Source: Octopus sinensis (lineage: Eukaryota). From it: a stretch of DNA of 64,000 bases. The stretch lies in contig NC_043007.1 of the NCBI RefSeq assembly GCF_006345805.1, forward strand, positions 75,702,001 to 75,766,000, given 5' to 3'. The notes below the pieces were generated by a model, which did no database searches, was not told where the DNA came from, and was given only the letters and a program-made list of their open reading frames with translations. The translations under genes and the position numbers were made by a program. Of the stretch, positions 33,481 to 48,726 are shown one piece after another. Within the stretch, counting starts at the first letter, position 1. Each line of letters opens with the position of its first letter.

Positions 33481-34403
33481 AAGCAATATTAATACTCAAT
33501 GATATGTTAAAATCACATTTATTATCTTAAAAATTCATTTACGTGTATCAACTACATGGGAAATGTCTGTATACAGAATGGAAAGCTGTTGTTGATCTAA
33601 GAATGGTTTTGAGTCAAACATGCTTACATTTGTTATAATGTTTATGAAACATTTATCAATAACGTGACTATATACTTTGTGTCTATCTGATAGGGTTGAT
33701 TGCTAGGATAAAATGCTAGCTTTGTGTAGATGGCATTCTTCACCAAGCCAATAATTTTCATCATCATGTACATATATACATACAATGTATAGACAGGTAT
33801 AAATTATCCAGGCAGATACTGTAGGTGTAATCAGATTCAGGCTATCTGTATCGAATAGTAAGTTGCATCTAGTATTACTTCGGGTGAGCAATCCTATTGT
33901 AATTCATCCGAGGGGTTAGCCCTGAGTTCGTTTCACAAGATTATGAATATTTTTGAGAGTAAATTCAAAACAATTATAATGAATACAGAGACTTGTATTT
34001 CTGATATATATATATATTTTACAGTTAATTAATTATACAGCAAAATTGGTTTATATACGACCGACATAGAGATAAAGCAGTTGCATTTGAAACCAGCTAT
34101 ATTCGACTATGTGCCTTTAAATCACAGTCCCTCCAATTGACACCCAAACAGTTCATACATATTGGAGCTTCCAGTGCGAATGCCAAGCAGTACAGCACGC
34201 TGTTTCCAAATTTCTAGAAGCTCATCGTACACACACACACCTATGCATGTGTGTTCTTGTGTTCGATTATGGTTCAGCAAAAAGAGACCTATATCGATTT
34301 GTTTCATATAAATATATAATAAGTAAAATTAGATGGTGCTCCAGCTTGTCCAAAGTCCATCGACCAAAAAACCAATGCAAGATATATGCACATACATTCA
34401 CGC

Positions 34404-34442
<39 letters not shown>

Positions 34443-34754
34443 TACATTAAAAATATGAAGCGGTGCTCCAGCATGGCCGCAATCCATCGACCAAAACCAC
34501 TATAAAATAAATTATATACATATATCAAATGGATGTTTTAATTATTTACACACACACAGGCACACCTACACATGTGCCCCCACCCACATTCTTTCCTCAT
34601 AACTTTCAGGAAAATAGATTATATTTGACGAAATTTTCTATGAAAGCGCCTTATTTTGTGTAGATTCCAATTATATCAGAATTGTTGTGAAAACGTTTTT
34701 GGGCCTTGTATATATATGTATGTATGTATGTATGTGTATATGTTTGTACTCCCA

Positions 34755-34931
34755 ACATCGCTTGACAACTGATGCTGGTGTGTTTACGTCCCCGTAACTT
34801 AGCGATTCGGCAAAACAGACCGATAGAATAAATACTAGGCTTACAAAGAATAAGTCCTGGAGTTGATTTGCTCGACTAAAGGCGGTGCTCCATCCTGGCC
34901 ACAGTCAAATGACTGAAACAAGTAAAAGAGT
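34755..34931 (+). mobile_element. 3' half of tRNA/CORE-type SINE (contains the point matching window position 1)
   Basis: GCTTGACAACTGATGCTGGTGTG...AAAGGCGGTGCTCCA...AAGTAAAAGAG. Confidence 0.88.
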
Positions 34932-36050
34932 ATGCGCATGGCCTACGGTTTATTGTTCAGTTTGGTTTGATTAAAAAAAGCAAATAAGTTAAGAGGGAGA
35001 TAAGTAGTAAAAGTAGCATTCTTTACTTTAAATTTTTTTAGTGAAAATCTTGTAGGTGTACTTCCCAAGGAAAGGGGGTGAAATTTCCAAGGGTTTTGAA
35101 ATTCATTCAAAAGAAAATTTTTTAAAAAAAGGAATTCAAATGATTCCGGGATGGGGAAGGACAAAAATATGGGGTTTGCAGCTTATTAGGAGGTCACGCA
35201 AAAAATCCGAGCTTTTTCCTTTTTTTTTTTCTTAGTGAAAATCGTGCCGGTGAAGGGTCGAAATTTACCAAACAACTAAAATGATACTGAGCAAAGAAAT
35301 AGGACTTCTCTCAAAAAATGAAAGGTAACGAACAAATTTGCTCCTTTTACAACCCTTGCAGTGCCATAATTTCCCATCAGTAACGTCACCATATGTAGTA
35401 AGTCCACATGGTGAATTACAATTTGCACAGGTTTACATATTCATAATTAGTCGACGCCGTTCCAACCAATGAAGAATGCTGTCTCCAGCTTTTCTTAATT
35501 GAATGATAGTCCACTATTCCTATACGATTGATTCACGACTTAAGATTTTATGTTCAGGAACAATGAATGTATTTCTTTATTGCCCACAGGGGGCTAAACA
35601 TAGAGGGACAAACAAGGACCCCAGTGCATAACTAGTACTTAATTTATCGACCCCGAAAGGATGAAAAGCAAAATCGACCTCGGCGGAACTTGAACTCAGA
35701 ACAAAGCGGCAGACGAAATACCTAAACACAGAGAGGACAAACGGATTAAGTCGATTATATTGACCCCAGTGCGTAACTGGTACTTATTTAATCGACCCCG
35801 AAAGAATGAAAGGCAAAGTCGACCTCGGCGGAACTTGAACTCAGAACGTAGCAGCAGACGAAATACCCGGCGTGCTAACGATTCTGCCAGCTCGCCGCCC
35901 GTTCAGGAACAATGAATCGCGGTGCTGCTGGTGTCCCACGTGCCATTCCGATCGATTGTAAAGTAAAGAATGCTTCTTTTATTGCCCCCTTAACTTTTAT
36001 TTACTTTTTTAATCAAACCAAACTGAACAATAACTGTACGCCATGCGCAT
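34932..36050. mobile_element. TIR element, copy 2 counterpart of 81..1214 (with SINE dimer at 35569..35900)
   Basis: Same TIRs; 17-bp TSD at 35552..35568 and 35901..35917. Confidence 0.7.
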
Positions 36051-37911
36051 GCGCGATTGTTTAAAACTTTTCAATTTTGATTTCGAAGTATTTAAAAAAT
36101 TATTTGGAAATTATAAAGAGAAACAAATGACAGAATCGGACTGTCTATATTTTAAAACGAAGATTTAAAAAAAAAAACTTGAAACTAAGAACCATCTTCT
36201 CATCAAATTCCGATGCGACCGTAATTTGAAAACTTCATTGAAAAGTATCGCTTTTTCTGAAAGTTATGAAGTAACTACTTAGTGTTTTATCGCGGATGTA
36301 AAATACATGGACCACACCCCTTTCTTTTTTTTCCATTTTTTTTTCTGAGGAAACCCACTATTTCGACTGCGGAGATTCTGAATCTGCACCACCCACCCCA
36401 CAAAAATGGCATTTCAAAATTTAACCCCAAACTCTCAATTTCTTCATTTTTCTCTTTTTTTTGGCGAAATACATATAAAAATAGGCATTCTTTCTATATA
36501 ACTCGACAAAAACAAAACATTTCACTTTGGGTATTTCCGTAGAAGCAAATGACAGTTCGATTCTGTTTTCTGCTTAGAAATTTGCGGATTTTACACACAT
36601 ACATGAAACATGTAAGAACAAATATGCAAGGCTTTTTTTCTTTAAAGTTTAAAATGAGGCATTTGCTGGCATAATTTCGTTATATTTATACTCCACAACC
36701 CACGGAAATACCCGAAGTGAAATGTTTTGATTTTTGTCGAGTTATATCGAAGGAATGCCTAAAAGTACGGAGAATATGATTCTGAGGGGTGGGGAGGTAA
36801 AAACTTCGATTTTTAAAAAAACCCTCCCCACGCCCGCGATTCTGTGACAAAGTATAATTATTAAACTGAAAGTGTTTTCTCTCCTGTTTCAAAGTTTAAA
36901 TTTTGAAATGCCGATTTTTTTTTTGCAGATTCGGAATCTCCGCAGTCGAAATAGTGGGTTCCTGTTGAATAATAATAAAAAAAAATAAAGAAAAAGAAAA
37001 AAACAACGAAAGCGGATTCGAGCCATGTAGCTTTTTCTGAAAGTTACGAGTAAAAAAAGCCGTTTCGTGAGAATTTTCCGAAACTCCTCTCTCCACCTTC
37101 GGAAAAACTTTTAACACCACATATTCCGATATAATGAGGATCTACACCATCTGGGGCGTTTCTGTAGAAAATTTCATAGAAAAATATCAATTGTTTTGAA
37201 AGTTATGAGGCAACACACACACATGTATATACATAACTTATTGATCTGGGTTAGAAAAAAATAGTAGTTACGAAATATGTTCAAGTTGGTATATAACAAG
37301 AGAAGCTAAAAGACCATGTTGATTTTTTGGTCCACTTCGTTTATCACTGAAATAAACTAATTTTGTGATGACTTTATTTATTCAGCATCGATGTAGTGTG
37401 CCTTCTGTAGGACAAATATTTCAATGTTTGAACAGCGTAACATTTGATTAAAGTTTAAACAATGTATATAAACTATTTAGACAAAAATGAAAGTAAAATA
37501 GTTTTTAGTTATTGGGTCAGTGGTTTGTAGAGAGAGAAAATTAGAATGAATGAAAGAAGACAACCGTTTAAATATTTCTTGTTTTATTTTTCTGTGCAAA
37601 AGTATACATATTGTGGTTGACGTTACAAATATATTAAATCAATAAAAAGCCGGTCTTTATATTTATATATACTTCCATATTTATTTAAATTTTTTAATTA
37701 AACTGGTACATTATTATAATGAATTAGGCGCAGTTGTGGTAAGAAGCTTGCTTCCCAAATACATGGTTCTGGGTTCAGTCTTTCTGCGTGGCACCTTAGG
37801 CCAAGCGTCTTCTACAATAGCCTCGGGCCAACCAAAGCATTGTGAATGAATTTGGTAGACGGAGAGTGGGTACTATTATATTATATTATATTATATTATA
37901 TTATATTATAT

Positions 37912-38024
<113 letters not shown>

Positions 38025-38308
38025 ACTCACTCACGTGACCGACCAGGCCATCAGATGTTGTTACACATCGCTGGTCACAATGCGCTTCACATTGTTTTAG
38101 CCTTCGAATGACGCCACCCCGCTGGCTAAGCGAGCAGGCCAACAGAAGAAAGAGAGAAAGAGTGGTGAAAGAGTACAGCAGGGATCACCACCCCCTGCCG
38201 GAGCGCAATAAACACACACAACGCCCGGTCTGGGAATCGAAACCGCGAACCTACGACCGCGAGTCCGCTGCCCTAACCACTGGGCCATTGCGCCTCCACA
38301 CACACACA

Positions 38309-38384
<76 letters not shown>

Positions 38385-38395
38385 GTATGTATGCA

Positions 38396-38450
<55 letters not shown>

Positions 38451-39227
38451 TGTGAGTTTAGAGGGAGATTATCTGAGAGGATAGCGTGGTAGTTCTCAGT
38501 TATGTTCCCGGTTACGGCTAACCGCATCGATTGGTATTTAACGTCTATGAATGCTAGATCATTTCAGGGATGCTTTGTCGCTCATAAGTCTTATATTTGC
38601 AATAATTATAACGACAGAGCGGGAGTATGAAGGCTGGTACATCCTCAAAATTTGTTTCCTTTTGATTTACAGTTCACACAACGTATTTTTATGGTTACGA
38701 CGATTCAGAATGAGCAGCTGCATCATATGCAACCGGGCATAATTTCCTGTGCAACTTCGTTCAGGGTCTTTCACCAGCTTGGCTCGATTGCATATGTGCA
38801 GTAGAAAGACGTCTAGATTGTCGTAACTATAAAAATATGTTGTATGAATTGTAAATTAAGAGGAAATCAATTTTGAGGATGTACCTGTCTTTATATTCTC
38901 TATCGTTATAATTATTGCAAATATACACTCCAGATAATTTTACCATCTAGTGAAGCGAACACGGAATTATTCATCAAAGGAATTTACAGCTTAAGCGACA
39001 ACTCCTAGCTGTCATAGACGTTAAATACCAACCGATGCGGTTAATCATAACCTGGAACATGATACCCTCCCAGATAATATATTTCTCTAAACTCACATCA
39101 ATGATAATTCAACGAGCGGCTAAGGCGGCATGCCAAAATATGGAGAAGATGAACATCAATACATTTCTAAAAGATATCTTGTTGCCCTCTAAAAAGGAAT
39201 ATAATAAAAGATCTCATCGATAAAACC

Positions 39228-39628
39228 GGCGATCTTTCGTCTCTAGTAGACCTTTCCGTCGATTTCCATAAAAAAATTTTTTTTTTTACATATGGGCTTG
39301 CGGGAACTTTTGAAGTAATATACATACATATACACATACACCGAGTAAAAAATTTCAGTTATCTCTTTCTTTCACACATTACTCTGTCTCTTCACACACA
39401 CTAACAGAAGCACTTCACTTACACAACATACTGTCTGTCTCCCACACCTCATCAAACACACACACGCACACACATGTACATCAATGCTTCACATGCACAG
39501 TAACTTCAAAAGAACTTCCCTCGTCATACAATCGCTTTCTCTTAGTCTCTTTCGCTCTCATTACTTCAAAAGTTCCCGCAAGCCCATATGTAAAAAAAAA
39601 AAAGGTCTACTACAGACGAAAGATTGCC
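39228..39628. mobile_element. MITE, counterpart of 5506..5907
   Basis: Same ATAAAACC TSD; right TIR partly deleted. Confidence 0.9.
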
Positions 39629-40041
39629 ATAAAACCAATTCCTTTATACATCGCATGAGTATCACCAAGTCCGCAACTGGTTGGATTCGAAAATGACCTG
39701 TGAAGCATAGTTAAATACATCAAATTCCGCAAATTCTCCTTGAGGAAGAACCAACATCTTCGGAAACTGTACACACCTGTGAAGGAACTCAAGAAGCAGG
39801 ACGGGATGCTTGTGCATGAAGATAAAGCTTTTTAGACCACCGCTTCGAGCCAAGCTGATTAAAAGACTCTGAACGAAGCTGTGCAGAAAGTCATGCTCGG
39901 TTGCATATGCAACGACCCATACTATGTACAATGGAAACACATTTAGACCGCCGTAACCATAAAAATATGTTGTATGACTTGTAAAATAAAAGGAAAAAAA
40001 TTTGAGGATGTACCAGTCTTCATATTCTTCATATTCATATT

Positions 40042-40129
<88 letters not shown>

Positions 40130-40497
40130 ATATGCACATAAATTATCATCGCATTTACATTATATTTGTGTGTTACTAATAATTAATAAATCTTATTACC
40201 TGTATATAATTAGTGTGTAAAAGAGGTAGCTCCTCAATGATCGCAAGCTTCGCACTATTTGAGAAAATTTTAGTGTGACTCCAGTATTATCAATTACGTG
40301 GATAGAAATCAACAAATCAAATTGCTGCGTCAAATTAAAATCTTAAGTTGTCTATAAGGAAATGTTTGACAATCCTTATTCTTTTATCTATATTTTTAAT
40401 ACGTTCGTTAACATACTTCAATAGCAAACAACATATATTGAATCATTCCATTTGAAACATTGACGTCACAGAGGGTGCGCTATCCATCCATCCATCC

Positions 40498-40553
<56 letters not shown>

Positions 40554-40554
40554 T

Positions 40555-40617
<63 letters not shown>

Positions 40618-41823
40618 GTGATATATATACATTTCTATAATGTCGACTTTCTGTGCAACACCTTATGGTTATTAGGTAATGTAACGCCTCGTATCCCCTT
40701 CTGTTCCTCTGGACGAAATACTGCTAAGCATTATGCTCAATGTTCTAACAATTCTACCTGCTCACCGCCTCTTATCATTACCATAACAGCCTCTGTTTCT
40801 GTGAGTTGGATGGTCTCGTACCTGAAGCGCTTAGGTATCCCGGTTCCAGCTGCCTTTTCCCTTAATTTTGGCATGTCCAGTTTCCCCAGCCCCACACTAA
40901 ACGTTATACCTAACCTTTCCTTCCTAGTACGTCATCCCCACGAAATCTTCATGTTCATATCTTTCCTGCAAGAGTTGACCTGCCGCTATTTAAACGGAGC
41001 ATTTATAGCATTAAATTCATTGCTCTTGGAGGACCTACAAAGGTTATGATAAATGTCTTCCCCACATATTCAACAAGTAAAAATACATAGTGATCTTTCG
41101 CTTTAGAGACATAAATAGGAAATGAGGAACTGAAAATGAAAGAATGCCTCAAGCTAACGATCGCCGAAGATGGATTAACTAGAATATATTTTTTATAAAC
41201 AAACATTGAAGCGCTTAGTGAGTTGATATTTTAGAAATGAAGGAAATCTCGAATGACTTGCCAGCCACTTTTTCTGTTTTTATTAGAGAATTGAAACCGA
41301 ATCTCCAAACAGCCAATTATAAGTCACAGCTTAGCCATAACGTTTTTACGTGATCTGCCGGACAAGTTTAGGCGCTAAATCTGAGAATGTGGGAAATCAC
41401 CACCATAAAAACCACATTCGCTTTTTCGACATTGAACTTATTCAATCGACCAAACAGCAGCAACAGTTTGGCTATCGTGAATTTAACATGATATTTCCCC
41501 CGTCTTGACAGCGTATTCAGAGAGCCTTGCTGACCAACAATTTTGTCATAACTACAGAATTGTCTGTTTATATTGTTAATTCAAAACCAACATGGAAAAT
41601 GTTTTTGCGAGGTGAATAAAGTTTCTGCTAATTGTTCACGAATGTTGTGCATTGTTTACAGGCAACCAGAACCAAAGTCAACCACCAGCACCTCCATATC
41701 ATCCTTTCGATGACCTACATGACAATTGGTAACCTCTTATAATACATCTATAAGGGTATTTTACCCAATCCCCTTGAAACGAAATATGAAAGGAATTGTT
41801 GTATACAGTACTCAGTTGCACAA

Positions 41824-42715
41824 CTAAAAAAAAAAATTTAATGTCATCAGGTGTTGGCGGATTTTAGGAAGTATGAAAGTTTTGAAGGATGAAGAATCAT
41901 GACAGCTAACGACTGATGCGGGTAGTTTATACCATGCTTCAATAATTCTGAGTGTGAAAAAAAAATGTTTCCGAAAGTCATGGGTGCTGTGTTGATTTTT
42001 GATTTTGTGAGCATGTACACGAGTGTTTGACATATGAAATTCAAAATGGTGTCCAAGGTTGTTGTTGGAAAAATGGTGGATAACCTTGTGAGTGTCTACC
42101 AAATCAGTTGCCAAACGTCTGAGCTTCAATGTATCCATGCCCAAGGAAGCAAGACGTTCAGAGTATGGTAGATACTTGACGGTGGGTATTCGTTTCGTTG
42201 CACGTGTCTGAACAGTTTCCAGGAGATTTATATGCTGAGCAAGACTGGTGATGCAAATTCCAGATTGGTGATGCAAATTCTAAGTGTGGACATACCATTG
42301 TCATATACAATTTTAAATAGATAGCTGGAGATTACTGAGTAATGCCAGGACACCCCCCCCCCCCAACCTTCTTGACAATCTCAGAGGTGTGGTTCGTCCA
42401 ACGCAGAAAGCTGTTTACAATAATAGCCAGATCACGTTCACTAGAAGACTTCTTGAAATTGGTATTGCTAAGGTTGTATGTAAAGGCTGGGTTTTTCCTC
42501 CCATAGAGCATGGTGACGCACTTTTACACAGCTAGCTTGAGTTGTCAGTCAGAGATCCATTGCTGCATTGTGTCCAGGTTGGATTGCAAGAAAGATCTAT
42601 GGCGCATAGGATCTGTTCTTTTTATTTCGAGGTATAGCTTGATGTCATCTGCATATTTCAACACTGAAACATTCCTCAAGTTGGCACCAAATTGTGCATT
42701 TCGGACGGTCGGTCG
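41824..42715 (-). mobile_element. Older CR1 fragment, counterpart of 8832..9745
   Basis: KYADDIKLY; ORF 41824..42276. Confidence 0.9.
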
Positions 42716-42767
42716 AATGGTCGGATGGATGAATTTCTTATTATAATATAGATTATTATTATTATTA

Positions 42768-42809
<42 letters not shown>

Positions 42810-42810
42810 G

Positions 42811-43434
42811 AGTGAGAGAGCAGTGCATGCCACCAAGTGATACAGGGATAAAATATACGAAGCCCAGTATACCCATCATAATTACCAGTCTGATAAGGGT
42901 ACACCAGGCACATGCATCACAGCCATATGTGCGCGACATGGTGATCTCATATCAAGATAAACAGCGCATGACCTTGCAGGTGTTGCCCAGTTAGAATTTT
43001 CTTCTGGTCGAGTAGCTCATCCCGCTCAAAAGGTTCCTGCATAAAGTTTGTTTAAGGATGTTGAACGAAACACCCATGTTTCCAGAGGTGAATTATCCAA
43101 ATCTCGAAGAATTCCTTTCAACACACGGTTATGATGCTCCCCTACTGCTTCTGCTCATGATCAGAGATGCACATATCGTGAGCCACTAAGGGACATACTC
43201 AACTGGTTAAGGTCAAACAACTGACAAGCAAATCTGTGGTATTGAACAGAATATTTGCTGTAGCCCATTTTTTATATCAAGACAAAGCAATGTACATGAT
43301 AACACTTCCAATCAGTTAAGATCAGAAGCCATGAGAGCCATCAGAAGCCATGAGAGCCATTAGAAACCATGAGAGCCATCAGAAGCCATGAGAGCCATCA
43401 GAAGCCATGAAAGCCATTAGAAGCCATGAGAGCC
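42811..43434 (-). mobile_element. (ATT)n-associated repeat with 19-bp minisatellite, counterpart of 9827..10450
   Basis: Colinear identity. Confidence 0.6.
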
Positions 43435-43640
43435 ATTATTATTATAACCTTTCGAAGCGCCTCTTCCTGTTGGGAATTTCAATTGTTATATTTTCGTTGT
43501 TATCTCAGGAATTTTTACACGGTTTTTTGCAAACGGACAAAACTCTTTGTAACTTTCGTCCTGTGTTTTGACCCTTTATGTTTTAATTAATTTTTGTCAG
43601 CCCTTGTGGCCAATAAACGAATTTATTATTATTATTATTA

Positions 43641-43698
<58 letters not shown>

Positions 43699-43708
43699 CA
43701 TTATTATT

Positions 43709-44700
43709 TTCTCTAAATCACAGGTTTGGTTGGAGCTTACTACCTGCAGCCTACAGTACCATGCTATTCGTTCTTTTCAGCTATCTAATACTTCCCTGAT
43801 TATTCTGGCCGTGTCAAGGAGGCAAACCTTTGGTAACAGTTCCACTGGGCACTCTATTCCAATTTCCTTTATATTCCTCTGATGCCTTCTGATACTGTTC
43901 CCAAGGACACTAAAAAAAATAATTGGTACTATCTTCATCTTCTTCATTTCCATGGACGGGCTATTTCGTCCTTAAGAGGGTTGTATCCATCTATCTTTTC
44001 ATCTTCCTTCTTGACTATTCGTGGGTCAAAGGGGCATGCAACGTCAATTATATAGCATATGTGGTGCACCTTGTCCACCACCACTAGATCCGGTCTGTTA
44101 TGCTTTAGTACATGATCTGTTGGGATTGGAAAATCTCAGAGGATTTTGCTAGTCTCCTACTCTGTCACTCTCTGCGGTTCGTACTCATTCCACGTCTTGC
44201 CTCTCTCTAGCCCCCACTTTTCGCACAGTTTCCAATGTAGCACTTTCGCTACCTGGTCGTGCCGCCACAACTTGTAGTGGATCTGGGCAAGTCTAGGGCA
44301 TTCGTTCGTGAAATGGACAATGGTTTCATCCACTCTATTGCAGATGCGGCACAGCGGAGATACTTGCTCATTACTAAGGTTGACCCTCCAGTTCGTGGCC
44401 AAGGCTTGGTTACCAGTTACCAGTATAGTGCTCTTGGTCTCTTTATTCAGGGTTCCTTTCATCAGCCAATCCCACATATTTTTCCAGCAACTTCTGTTAT
44501 GGCTACATGGAATTAACTGTATAGTCCCTTCGTGCGTAATTCTTCTTCATCTCCTTTTTGTACTTCTTCCTTTGTTTTCCCTTTTTTCTCTGCTCTCAAT
44601 ACACCCTCGTTCCTAACTGTCACTAGCAAGGTTTCCTTACTTTGGGCTAAGTATCTCATTAAGCTCTCGAGTCTTCCATACTTACCAGTCCCATTTCTCA
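43709..44700 (-). mobile_element. R4/Dong fragment, counterpart of 10722..11715
   Basis: ORF 44157..44477 with CCHC knuckle. Confidence 0.88.
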
Positions 44701-45348
44701 AGTTGCTCTTGTAAGCGTGACAGGAATTGAAGGTTTATGATACATGTGGAGTATCTCCTCCCATTATAATTATTTCTGTAGCTTCAAGGAGCTGGAGCGG
44801 GTCGCCGATTTGTGACTTCTGTGCGAAGCGAGGAGACGGGAATGGCTCCTTGGTACATCACACAGTCGATACAATAAATAGAAATAGAACAATGCATATA
44901 TGTGCCAGAGGGAAATAAGAGACACAACCGGGTAGAATGTTTAAGAGAATATTTATTGATATGGTAACATGTGTGATTGTGTGCGTCATATATACAGAAT
45001 AATAGACAGGCCGTCATAAGAATAAAATGTATGCGTGTGTATGTAAGCATAGACGTATGCGTGTTCAGAATATATAAGGATGGCGATGAAGAAGAGATAT
45101 TGAAAGAGTCTGTAGCCATCGAAGTCAGTAGTAAGTTCATAAATACAAGAATGATAAATAACAGTTCGTAGTCAATTGTACACGATAGTTGAAATACTGT
45201 ATCAAGAAGTTGCGGCAATGATGCAGAGCCGGTTGCAGTACATGTACGTGAAGTTGTGGCTGTGATGCTGCTGCCTGAGTCACTTGGTACAGGAGTTCTC
45301 GCAGGTTGTACATTCGCTGTTCATCCATGGTGAAGTAGTTCACGAACA

Positions 45349-46570
45349 GTGCAGTGTTGGACCATGGCCTGTCAGTCGCGGTTTCTCTTACATATTGACA
45401 TGCGTCGATCGTTTCTCTCGTTGGCCTGAAGCCAATCCAATAGTGGCCATTTCGGCTGAGTCAGTTGCTCGAATTTTCGTTTCTAACTGGATTGCTCGCT
45501 TTAGTATCCCAGCTTAAATAACCACTAATCGTGGACGCCGGTTCGGAGCTTCTTTAGTTCGTGAATTGTCACGAATCCTAGGCGTTCGTCACATTCGTAC
45601 GACCAGCTATCATCCAGCTTCCAACGGATGGTCGAACGTTTTCACAGGCAACCGAAGGCCGCTCTACGCGCCACTCCTGATTCGCAGTCTTGGACAGAAT
45701 TCCTGCCTATCGTTCTTCTTGGTTGTCGCACTGCTGTTAAAACAGTCTTAGGTTTCTCCTCTGCTGAACGCCTTTACGGTACCATCCTGGCACTCCCTGA
45801 TACAATGTTGGCGCCAGACAATTCATTGCATCCTGATACAATGTCGTATGTCACCAGACTTCGCTCATATTTCTCAAGTCTTCCACCCATGCATCTGCGT
45901 GGCCAGTCTATTCCCTCTCACGTCTCACCGGACATTGACAAATGGACTGATGTTTTTGTTCGGGATGGTTCTGTTAGAGGACCTCTCGTTTCTCCTTATA
46001 AAGGACCATTTCGTGTGCTATCGCGCACACTCAAAGCTTTTAGTCTCGACATCAATGGTCGGGCAGAGACCGTGTCAGTCGACAGACTTAGAAGGGCACA
46101 TTCTGAGGTTTCCACACCCTTTGGTGACACCCCAGCCATGCCCACCTTTGATCCTTTACAACCACCTACACATCCACCTGCACGTGCACTTTTGACCACA
46201 CCATCACCTCCACCTCCACCTTCGTCGCCACAACCTAACACGAACAAACCCTATGTCACCAGGACAGGTCGCACTGTGCACTGGCCAAAAAACTCACCAG
46301 AACTATTTATATTTAACCCTTTTCTTTTTTCTTCCTGTGACAGACAATTGTTTTCTCGTGTGCTGAACAATTCCAATGCCTTGCCATTGAACTTTGTAAA
46401 AAAAATATTTTGTGCATGCTCCTTTTATATTGCTTGTAATTATTTTTCTCAACTTATCACATTTTGTATCATATTTTGTACCACATCTTGTTGTTTGCGA
46501 TCGGTGGCCCATCTTTGCTTTCTTGTGCCTGCTCCAGTCATTTTAATTTAGTACTAGCGTTCTCAAGGGG
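45349..46570 (+). mobile_element. Ty3/Gypsy integrase fragment, counterpart of 12365..13570
   Basis: 307-aa ORF 45628..46551, continuous where copy 1 is frameshifted. Confidence 0.9.
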
Positions 46571-46587
46571 GATCAAATAGTACTTTT

Positions 46588-47560
46588 TCGGCCCATAACG
46601 CTGCTGAACACAGACTTCAAAATGTTGGCCAAGGTGTCAACGAAGAGTTTGGCGCTTGTCGTCGATGTGCAAATATGTTGTTGGCGATGTGCAAATATGC
46701 ACTATCCCAAGCAGATCCATCCACGACAACCTCCATCTCATGCGACACATTATAGACAGGGTGGGGAATGAAGGTGGCATGGGTAGGGTGTTGATCAGTT
46801 TAGATCAGTTTAAAGACTTTGATAGGGTCGACCACCAATACTTGACGTCCGTTCTCACGGCAGCCGGTTTCGGTCCCGTTTTCCGTGGCTGTATCGCAGC
46901 AATGTACAGTGTCATCTGCTCGATAGTTCGGGTAAATGGGTACTTATCAGAATCATTCAGCATTATGCACTCGATCAGTCAAGAGTATCCTCTCTCGTCT
47001 CTCTTGTATGTACTGGTTCTAGAGACACTAGCGCGGAAATTGGAAGCGTTGAGAGGCATTCTGCGCGAACTAGGACGTGGGGGAACTGTGTCGGCATACG
47101 CGAACGACGTCATCGTCATAATGTTGAACATCAAGCACATGGACCTGGTCGGCATCGCTCTAAAAAATACGAGGCGTTGACAGGAGCAAAAATTAACCAG
47201 AAGTCAGTGGGCCAGCGACTTAAATTGCTTGGGGTCTGGTTCTGGTCCAGATCTCCAGATGGAGAAGAAATTGGGACAAAGTGACGAGCTGAGTTGCCAA
47301 TCTCACTCAGAAATGGGCTGTGAGGAAGTGTTCCCTGAAAGTTCGGGTGGAGGTGGCGAATGCTTACATCGCATCCATCATCTACTACCGTCTCACTGTC
47401 CTGACTTGTCCAGGTTCGAGTCCGACCAAACTGGAGCACCTACTTTTCCGCTTTCTGTGGAAGGGACGCGTTCCACTGGTCAGGCGCTCCATTTGCTAAA
47501 TGGAGGACTGGGCATGTCGTGGCTTTGATGCGCAGACATGTGCTGATCTTACAACATCTC
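46588..47560 (+). mobile_element. L1/Tx1 RT fragment, counterpart of 13588..14560
   Basis: ORF 46656..47180. Confidence 0.85.
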
Positions 47561-47723
47561 CAGTGCTTCCTAAACGGTGAGCAGGTGTGGTACAACAACC
47601 TGTCTCTGATCTGGTTACAAATAAAACTTATTTAACAGTGATGAATATGTAGATTATTTTTATTCATTTAAAAGTTAGAAAGACCGAAAGTGACCATGAT
47701 CTTTGCAGGCAGGTCCTCACCCT

Positions 47724-48120
47724 TGTTTCTTTATTGCCCACAAGGGGCTAAACGTAGAGGGGGACAAACAAGGACAGACAAACGGATTAAATCGATTAAA
47801 TCGACCCCAGTGCGTAACTGGTACTTAATTTATCGACCCCGAAAGGATGAAAGGCAAAGTCGACTTCGGCGGAATTTGAACTCAGAACGTAACGACAGAC
47901 GAAATACCTATTTCTTTACTACCCACACGGGGCTAAACACAGAGAGGACAAACAAGGATAGGCAAACGGATTAAGTCGATTATATTGACCTCAGTGTGTA
48001 ACTTATTTAATCGACCCCGAAAGGATGAAAGGCAAAGTCGACCTCGGTGGAATTTGAACTCAGAACGTAGCGGCAGACGAAATACCGCAAAGAATTTCGC
48101 CCGGCGTGCTAACGTTTCTG
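47724..48120 (-). mobile_element. Dimeric SINE, counterpart of 14724..15120
   Basis: Same 15-bp TSD and flanking hairpin. Confidence 0.85.
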
Positions 48121-48726
48121 ATTGCAATCACGCAGGTCCTCACCCTGTGTGATTGCAATCTGAGGAAGAAAAACTGGGTGAAATGATTCATGTGAGACCT
48201 GAGTGTGTGCAGATAGTTCCGATGAGAAGAGGTTGTTGTTGTACAACAGAAGAAGCAAAGTGAGAACGATACTTTTATGAGCTTATGGTTGAAGAATGTT
48301 GTGAAATTTAGCATTTGTAATATACAAGTGTTTTATTGACGTAGACAACAGTTACAATTTTCTTATTGTTCAATGGGAGCAGTGATATCTAACGTGATGT
48401 GTTTACTTCCGATACAAGATGGGATTGTTCCAAGGAAATTTAGGTAGCACCAACCAATCCTCAATTACAGATTACCACTAAACAACTATTTAGAGTATAC
48501 TCTCGATTTTCTTTCACTTTTGTCGAGAGAAGAAATAGGATTAAATTGTTGATGTAAGCATCAAGCGATGTAATAAAGCGAAATTGTTGAGTGTAAAATG
48601 ATAAGTGAATCAGTTCTGTTTCGTAAGAAACTGAAGTGGAGTCATAGTTTTCTTTATTCCTGTTATTGAGGAAGAGTAGAAATGATGATGTGGATGATGA
48701 AGATGATGAAGATGATGATGATGATT

